A DNA stretch of 64,000 nucleotides from a virus. Its lineage: Duplodnaviria > Caudoviricetes. Shown piece by piece: positions 57,715 to 64,000 of the stretch (positions are counted from its first letter, which is position 1; every line of letters starts with the position of its first letter). Position numbers and translations under genes: made by a program. Below the pieces are notes generated by a model. The model did not search any database, was not told where the DNA came from, and saw nothing but the letters and a program-made list of their open reading frames with translations. Location: positions 18,862 through 82,861 of the IMG/VR virus record IMGVR_UViG_3300009709_000023, one strand, 5' to 3'.

Positions 57715-58644
57715 ATGAATAAAGAACAACTTGAGAAACAGTTCATTAATGAACTGACTGAGGCAACTAATAACCGTGATATGGTCGAAATGACTCCAGA
57801 ATCTTTGGGGCCTTGGTCAATTTCGAAACTCAAGTTGCTTCAAAAATGCCCATTCGCTTTTTACACTAAGTATGTTGTAAAGGTAAAACTCCCGAAAGAA
57901 CTTCAGGCCATGGTTGATACGACCATGGCTGATATTGGTTCTTCCGCTCACAAAATTTTAGAATCACTAATGTTTGGTAAAAGTTTGAGCCAATCATACT
58001 CTATTGCTAAGCATGAATTTGTAGATAGTGGCAAGTTATCTCCTCAGCAATGGGCAGAGAAAATCGTTCCTGTAGAAACCAACATTGTGAGTTTTAAGGA
58101 GCGTATTGAAGCTTTTGAACGTAAAAATCCCATTAAACGCGTTCTTACGGAATTACGTATTGGTGTTACAAAAGACTGGGAACCTACTGGATTTTTTGGT
58201 GACGACGTTTATATGCGTGGTGTCATTGACCTTTCTTTGCACTTAGAAAACAACGATTTAATTGTCATAGATCATAAGTTTGGAGGCAGTTCGGCTTTCG
58301 GCTTGCGTAATTATGAAACACAGTTGAAATCGTATAAACCCCTGTATCACTTTGGTATCGGTAATGTCCGTGGAGCTCAATCTGGAGTTCATTGGATTGC
58401 TGAAGGCGATATGAAGCTGGGAGATTACCATGACCGAGCTGCTATTGAAGGTACCTTGAAGAACGAAATTGAATTTATGATTCAGGGTGCCATTGATGGA
58501 GTTACGGAAAATCATGGGTATTTCAAGCACGTAACTGGAAGCATGTGCCAATATTGCGAATTTCGTGATCCTTGTAAAGCAAAACAATTGTTACCGATTG
58601 AAAAATCCACAAAGAAATTTTTTGAGATTACAAAAATTGATTAA
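57715..58644 (+). CDS. PD-(D/E)XK exonuclease, RecB/Cas4-like
   Basis: WSISKLKLLQKCP, RGVIDL...IDHK, C-terminal CQYCEFRDPC. Confidence 0.85.
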   Translation: MNKEQLEKQFINELTEATNNRDMVEMTPESLGPWSISKLKLLQKCPFAFYTKYVVKVKLPKELQAMVDTTMADIGSSAHKILESLMFGKSLSQSYSIAKHEFVDSGKLSPQQWAEKIVPVETNIVSFKERIEAFERKNPIKRVLTELRIGVTKDWEPTGFFGDDVYMRGVIDLSLHLENNDLIVIDHKFGGSSAFGLRNYETQLKSYKPLYHFGIGNVRGAQSGVHWIAEGDMKLGDYHDRAAIEGTLKNEIEFMIQGAIDGVTENHGYFKHVTGSMCQYCEFRDPCKAKQLLPIEKSTKKFFEITKID

Positions 58645-59292
58645 ATGACAGTTGAATTTGATGATTACGGAATAGAACAAGAAATAATATCAAGGCCTGA
58701 TGCAAGAGCTGAAGGCCGTCAATTTTATTTTACTGGTAAACCTTGTAAACATGGGCATGTATCTTTACGAAGAGTTCATAATCATGAATGCTATGAATGC
58801 GCAAGAATACTTCGTAAAAAATGGCAAGAAAATAATCCAGGATATGCGACGAAAGCCATGAGAGCTTTTACTGCTAAAAATCCAAATTGGTTTAAAGATT
58901 ATTATTGGCAGGATACAGAGCGACGTAGTGAATGGCATAAAAAATGGATAAGTCAAAATCCAGATAAAGTTTATGCATATAACTCTAACAGACGAGCCTT
59001 GAAAATATCTGCTACTCCAGGATGGTATCAAGAGGATAAAGTAGAAGAAATTTTTGCAACGTGTATAAGAATTTCTAGTGAATCAGGAATTAAACATAAT
59101 GTTGACCATATTGTTCCTTTAAATAGTTCGTATGTCTGCGGTTTACATTGGCATGGTAATATGCAAATTCTTACACAAACAGAAAATTTTTCAAAGCATA
59201 ATAGACGTTGGCCGGATATGCCAGATATCTCAGATCCGGAACTTAAGGAATTAGTAAAGAATTATGTTCTCAGCGACAAAACAACAAGTTAA
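58645..59292 (+). CDS. HNH homing endonuclease
   Basis: YFTGKPCKHGH...CYEC; HNVDHIVPL...VCGLHWHGN; WPDMPDISDPE. Confidence 0.85.
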   Translation: MTVEFDDYGIEQEIISRPDARAEGRQFYFTGKPCKHGHVSLRRVHNHECYECARILRKKWQENNPGYATKAMRAFTAKNPNWFKDYYWQDTERRSEWHKKWISQNPDKVYAYNSNRRALKISATPGWYQEDKVEEIFATCIRISSESGIKHNVDHIVPLNSSYVCGLHWHGNMQILTQTENFSKHNRRWPDMPDISDPELKELVKNYVLSDKTTS

Positions 59293-62143
59293 TCTGCTTC
59301 AACACATTTCTAATGATACAAGCCGGTCGATTGTAGAGTCGGGAACAAACACATTTTCATTCGAGGATGATTCATCAGCAGGCTGCCCATTTTGTAATCA
59401 TCACCAGTGTTTCAAATTGTTCTTCGATGAAAATGAACCTGAAAATGCGACATATCATTGCTTCAGTTGTTCTGAGCATGGAGATGTTATTACTTGGCAT
59501 GCTAAACGTAAAGAACTGACGCCGGCTGAAGCCGTTCGGGATCTGGCAAAGATTTACGATATCTCTATTCCGACCAATTACAACCCGATTCAAGACCTAT
59601 TCAATCTCGCAGCGGATTATTACCATAACTGCTTGATGGATGCCTGTGATCGTCCTCAGACTATTCTCAACCGAATGACTCCAAAGCAGTACCAACTGGA
59701 AATTCGGAAACATAAAGAGGAAACCCTGAAACGATTCAAGGTGGGCTGGTCAGATGGTGGCTTGGTTCATTATTTGGAAGGTCTTGGATTTGAGCAAGAA
59801 TTACTTGTCGATTCAGGTCTTGCTAGTAAACGTACTGGTAGAGATTTTTTCCCAGCTAACGTATTCATTTATCCACACACTGTGGATGGTAAGGTCTCGC
59901 ATGTGACATTTAAGGATCCTTCAAAGAGGTTGGCATATCAACTTCCAAACAAGGCTGTCTTAAATAGCCACGAGTTCTACGGACAGGATACAATCAAAGA
60001 TAAGGCGGTAGTATTCTTAGTTGAAGGTGAAAATGATTTACTTTCTATCTATGAAGCTGAAGATTTCCCACACGATGCGGGTGTTCTTGCTACGATTGGA
60101 TCCATTAGCGGCGAGCAATTAAAGTGGATCGAAGATAAGTTAGCTGGTAAGTCAGTGGTTACCTTGTTTGATCCAGACGAAGCAGGGAATAAGTATCGTG
60201 AAAAGACGACACGAGTAGTAAAGACCGTTGAGAAGCTTGTTCAGTACATGCCTCCCAATGATCAGGATATTGATGAGTACTTGAAAAGTGGTAAGACACT
60301 TACTGATCTGCTGGAAAAAGAAACACCGATTCAAAGTGCTGCTAAAGCACCGTCTGCGACAGACCTCCTTGCGAGGCTTAATTCTGGGTTCGGAGCTGAG
60401 GCGGTAGAGGGAATTGAAGGTGATATTGAACTTTCGTCAGAAGATCCAAATGATTTAACGGTTATCGCCAAAGGTGGTTGTTACTTCAAAATGAAGTACG
60501 ACAAGGAAGGCATGCCAAACTTCATGAGAATTTCAGACTTTGTTCTAGAAGTTTTGTCTGTATTTATTCGTGATGACGGTGAGCGGATTCGAGAAGTAGT
60601 TCTACATAAGCAAGGTGGGGCTACCTTCGGACCATTCTATGTAACGTCGGCCAATAAAGTTAATGTCCAATCTTTTCGTAATCTCGTAGCAAATGTTGCT
60701 GACGCAGCATTTAAAGGCGGAGAAAATGAACTAGCCGACGTATGGTCTTTAATTATGTTGAAAAACAAAATTAAGGAAGCTAAAGAAGTTCGAGTAGTTG
60801 GATGGAATGAAGACGTAAATGCTTGGGTATTTAGAAATATTGTCCTCACGAAGAGTGGGGAGGAAGTTGAGCCAGACGAGAAAGGTATTTTCTGGTTAGA
60901 GAATGGACAGAAAGGTATTCGTCCCGCTTCGATCAACGAAACGACTACGGATGGTTCTGATATCCCTTATATTGAAACTTCATTATCTGTGGAAGAAAGT
61001 AAAGAGCTTTTAAAAAACGTGCTGGATAATTTATTCAAGAATTTGAATAGCCTTGGAACTGCATTGATGATGGTGGGCTGGACTCAGGCGATAATGTACT
61101 CAAATTGGATTCATTCTAATAGAACATTTCCGTTCATCTATCTTTGGGGATCCAAGGGAGAAGGTAAAAGCACCGTTGTTAAATGGCTTCAACAATTCTA
61201 CGGCGTTGGGGAATCAGGTTGTACTGCAGTGAAAATGTTGGGTTCGGCAGTTTCGTTTATTCGTCGTTCAGCCTACTATTCCTCATTGCCGATGATTGTA
61301 GATGAATTGAGATCTGATAATGAAACTGAAAAATATTATTCTCTGTTTAGGTCGTTGTTTGACCGAACTGGTCGTACCATATCCGGGGGAGATGGATTTT
61401 CTGTTAAGACTCAGCAAACCAGAGCGTGTTTCGCGTTTGCTGGAGAAGACGCAATACATGATCCGGCCTTGAATGAACGTGCTATTTCTTTGCGTATTCC
61501 CGTCTTCGGACGAGAGACAAAGGAGACTTACACATGGATGGAGTCTAATAAGCATTTGTTTACAAACATTACCTATTATTGGCTTAAAGAGGCTTTAGCC
61601 AAGGATGTTGAAGGACTTCAAAAAGAGATCAGCGATTATGAAAAAGCTCTTGTTGAGCAAGGATGCACGAAGCGTAATTCGAAAAACTGGGCTTCGGTCG
61701 CATACTTTGCGGAACGTACCGCAGCAGAATATTATCCAGATTTCGATTTCAGAACGTATGTACTTGAGGCTGCGTCGGATGCCGCTAAAGTACAGAGAGA
61801 GGAATCTACTGTTGCAAACTTCTTTCAACAAGTGGAAATGCTTCGCGGTGAAGAAGACTCGCCGGTCACAAACGAAGTTATGCAAGTCTCGGGTAACAAG
61901 CTTCATATATGGTTCATGCAACTTTTCCGCTTGGTTAGCAAGGACTCTCGGCAGGGCTTCCCTTTCTCAAAAAAGGCGGTTATGGGGGCGATTATGGATG
62001 AGCCGTACTACATAGCAGGTCCAGAAAATAATCGTATTCAGATGGGTCTTGACGGTGAAAAGCGATCCGTAGTAACACTGGATCTTGATAAGGCTCCTGA
62101 TTTTATTAAAAGTGCTGCAGCTTATGAAGTCAAAGCTGCTTGA
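59264..62143 (+). CDS. Primase-helicase (CHC2 Zn finger + Toprim + P-loop ATPase)
   Basis: CPFCNH...HCFSC; LVEGENDL; LFDPDEAG; WGSKGEGKST; IVDE. Confidence 0.88.
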   Translation: MFSATKQQVNLLQHISNDTSRSIVESGTNTFSFEDDSSAGCPFCNHHQCFKLFFDENEPENATYHCFSCSEHGDVITWHAKRKELTPAEAVRDLAKIYDISIPTNYNPIQDLFNLAADYYHNCLMDACDRPQTILNRMTPKQYQLEIRKHKEETLKRFKVGWSDGGLVHYLEGLGFEQELLVDSGLASKRTGRDFFPANVFIYPHTVDGKVSHVTFKDPSKRLAYQLPNKAVLNSHEFYGQDTIKDKAVVFLVEGENDLLSIYEAEDFPHDAGVLATIGSISGEQLKWIEDKLAGKSVVTLFDPDEAGNKYREKTTRVVKTVEKLVQYMPPNDQDIDEYLKSGKTLTDLLEKETPIQSAAKAPSATDLLARLNSGFGAEAVEGIEGDIELSSEDPNDLTVIAKGGCYFKMKYDKEGMPNFMRISDFVLEVLSVFIRDDGERIREVVLHKQGGATFGPFYVTSANKVNVQSFRNLVANVADAAFKGGENELADVWSLIMLKNKIKEAKEVRVVGWNEDVNAWVFRNIVLTKSGEEVEPDEKGIFWLENGQKGIRPASINETTTDGSDIPYIETSLSVEESKELLKNVLDNLFKNLNSLGTALMMVGWTQAIMYSNWIHSNRTFPFIYLWGSKGEGKSTVVKWLQQFYGVGESGCTAVKMLGSAVSFIRRSAYYSSLPMIVDELRSDNETEKYYSLFRSLFDRTGRTISGGDGFSVKTQQTRACFAFAGEDAIHDPALNERAISLRIPVFGRETKETYTWMESNKHLFTNITYYWLKEALAKDVEGLQKEISDYEKALVEQGCTKRNSKNWASVAYFAERTAAEYYPDFDFRTYVLEAASDAAKVQREESTVANFFQQVEMLRGEEDSPVTNEVMQVSGNKLHIWFMQLFRLVSKDSRQGFPFSKKAVMGAIMDEPYYIAGPENNRIQMGLDGEKRSVVTLDLDKAPDFIKSAAAYEVKAA

Positions 62144-62169
62144 CAAGTTTAATTGAATTGAGTTACAAT
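62140..62169 (+). promoter_or_regulatory. Sigma70-like promoter
   Basis: TTGACA-18-TACAAT. Confidence 0.55.
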
Positions 62170-62200
62170 TCAATATCTAAACTCAATTCATGAATTAATC

Positions 62201-62467
62201 ATGTCAAGTACAACTGAAGTAGAAGTCAAGCCTCCCGTCCCCGCACCTCGCGTTTCTCGCAGTTTTTACGGCCCGGCAAAGTATCGTTGGGCTATTTACC
62301 CTGACTATTGGAAAGATGGTTGGGGTCCTTTGCCTCTCCTGGGGCATGTATGGGCAGACAGTGAATTCGAAGCTGTACGAACTGCCTATGATAAGAAGTT
62401 ACTTACAGTCAATTTTACAATTGCTCCAAAAGCAGTTCGAGTACCTAACCCGACTGCAAAGTGGTAA
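62201..62467 (+). CDS. Hypothetical protein
   Basis: ORF after the promoter. Confidence 0.55.
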   Translation: MSSTTEVEVKPPVPAPRVSRSFYGPAKYRWAIYPDYWKDGWGPLPLLGHVWADSEFEAVRTAYDKKLLTVNFTIAPKAVRVPNPTAKW

Positions 62468-62492
62468 ACTACCCTCACTATTAAGGATTTAT

Positions 62493-63662
62493 ATGAACTC
62501 GCATTTTAATACCGTTGGCCGTAAGTCTTTGTCGCTTGGTCGGCCTCTTGATGTAGAAGCAGAAGAAACTTTTGACCTGGAACCCGCATACGCTTCTGAT
62601 ATTGCTAAAGAGTATGCTACTGAAGAAGTAGACTACGACACCTGTGGATGCAATGGTTGCACCGACAAGGGCAATGACGAATCATGGAACGTTCGTAAAG
62701 ATCTTACAAGTGTTCTTTCTAACTATCTGAAGTCTTTCATTGAGAATATGGAATCTGATTTGACGACCGCGACGGCTCTACTGGATTCAGAAGAACAAGA
62801 AGCAAATAAGCCGTACGAAAATTATCTCGAAATTCATGGCGTTACATCATTCAATGTCAATGGTGGTGATTTATCGCTTATTCTAGACTCCGACGCTGAT
62901 ATTTTCTTCAATGACGTTCTTGCGGAGGATGGCAAGATCGATCATCTAGTTAATGGTGCCGTACACGTGTTCATGGTAGGTGAGAACACCGATACAGATA
63001 TGGATTTGTACTTTGAAAATACAGCTCATATTTTCAGTACTGGTCCTTATAATTTCGGATCTATCGGGCATGATACTGTGAAGTTTCATACCCTTTCCGT
63101 TAGGAAGGTTTGCGAGACTAAAGCCGATGCCGGCGCATCTCTGCAACAAATGTCTTTTGGTTTCAATGAAGCTTCCGTTCTTAATCCCGGTGTGAATTTG
63201 CCTGTTCAAGCGATGACCCAAGCTTCACAGTCCAGTATGTCAGTTAAGGTTTGGGATCATGTGGCTCCTATGACTAAAACCATTAATCAATGGTCTGAAG
63301 CAGCGGCGCATCAAGATTTTGTGTCTGCCAAGTATGAAGATAGCATTGCATCATTAAACAAATATATTGATACACAAGTCCAAGACGAACTTATTCGCAT
63401 GGCTTCTATCGGCAATGAGCCGCTCGGTACCATTGGCAAAGCAACTTCTGGCGTTGTCCACGCCTATGAGTATAAAAAAGAAGATCAGGCTAAGCCGGCT
63501 TTAATGGGTTATGCTGGTATGTTGCAAGGTGCTAACATGGTCGGTGAGGGTACTATCTCAAACGCTCATCCGAATGATCAGGTCAAAGCTTCTATCAATT
63601 CGTATACTGACTCGTTGAACAAGCCTGGAATGGTGCATTCATTCTTGAAAAATGTCAGCTAA
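62493..63662 (+). CDS. Acidic hypothetical protein (likely start 62493)
   Basis: AAGGA RBS; long ORF; terminator downstream. Confidence 0.65.
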   Translation: MNSHFNTVGRKSLSLGRPLDVEAEETFDLEPAYASDIAKEYATEEVDYDTCGCNGCTDKGNDESWNVRKDLTSVLSNYLKSFIENMESDLTTATALLDSEEQEANKPYENYLEIHGVTSFNVNGGDLSLILDSDADIFFNDVLAEDGKIDHLVNGAVHVFMVGENTDTDMDLYFENTAHIFSTGPYNFGSIGHDTVKFHTLSVRKVCETKADAGASLQQMSFGFNEASVLNPGVNLPVQAMTQASQSSMSVKVWDHVAPMTKTINQWSEAAAHQDFVSAKYEDSIASLNKYIDTQVQDELIRMASIGNEPLGTIGKATSGVVHAYEYKKEDQAKPALMGYAGMLQGANMVGEGTISNAHPNDQVKASINSYTDSLNKPGMVHSFLKNVS

Positions 63663-63693
63663 GTTCTGACATAGCAGTATTAGTAGTATCCAC

Positions 63694-63722
63694 GACCCGG
63701 CTTTGTCCGGGTCTTTTTTTAT
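63694..63722 (+). terminator. Intrinsic terminator
   Basis: GACCCGG / CCGGGTC stem plus T-run. Confidence 0.75.
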
Positions 63723-63869
63723 CTTCATTTTGAAACGTGTTTATAGCCTCTTAGAGACGATAGTGATCTCGTGGCTACCGTACCATTGCCCATGTGTTTG
63801 CAGCGGCTCCCAGGTACCTTAAATCAAGTTGAACCCCGGTGAACAATGTTTTACTCAGTGGTACTAACA

Positions 63870-64000
63870 CCTGTACAAAAATTTTCTGTAAATAAAATTT
63901 CTTTACAAAATTGATTTTCCGTTTTTGTAAGACCTAAGTGTTTGATTTATAAAGGAAAAAAGGTCTTTTTACAAAAAAACAAAAATTTTCTTGAAAAATA
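63870..64000. repeat. AT-rich repeat region, possible replication origin
   Basis: ACAAAAATTTTCT at 63875 and 63979; TTTACAAAA at 63902 and 63968; imperfect inverted repeat TTTTGTAAGACCT / AGGTCT(TTT)TACAAAA. Confidence 0.45.

Noticed and set aside
57715-58644. CRISPR-Cas system suggested by the Cas4-like nuclease
   Set aside because: No repeat-spacer array and no other cas genes; stand-alone RecB/Cas4-like nucleases are common in phage replication modules.
1-64000. Specific phage name or host assignment
   Set aside because: Cannot be supported without a database search; only a jumbo-type phage of a probably GC-rich Gram-negative host is inferred.

Overview
This window is a segment of a large, AT-rich tailed-phage (jumbo-type) genome. 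It holds no rRNA, tRNA or CRISPR array that I can support. From left to right: (i) a minus-strand head-assembly cluster with a scaffold-like ORF running off the left edge, a prohead protease and several K-x-A-rich head proteins; (ii) a bacterial-like multisubunit RNA polymerase in three pieces (beta fused to the beta' N-terminus at 19957-23403, catalytic beta' middle at 18567-19718, beta' C-terminus at 8201-10027), plus a sigma70-family factor at 40553-41332; (iii) a plus-strand operon (12055-16970) whose products carry an NKYL-x-K-x-A tag and include a LigD-type 3'-phosphoesterase/SF2 helicase fusion, a zinc metallopeptidase and an ATP-dependent DNA ligase; (iv) a probable portal and a tail/baseplate protein; (v) plus-strand islands behind a recurrent TGGTATAAG motif, rich in tiny single-membrane-pass proteins; (vi) an accessory region with a five-gene paralog array, secreted low-complexity proteins and a vWA/coiled-coil/periplasmic-binding-LysM module; (vii) a replication and recombination block (SNF2 and DinG/XPD helicases, Cas4-like nuclease, primase-helicase) ending in an AT-rich origin-like repeat region. 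Five HNH genes and one GIY-YIG endonuclease gene are scattered through it. The strongest novelty candidates are a putative capsid-targeted, co-injected DNA end-healing and ligation kit, the three-piece RNAP with three promoter classes, and a structured ~350-nt noncoding RNA candidate next to the RNAP genes. All functional calls come from motif recognition by eye; no database searches were run.
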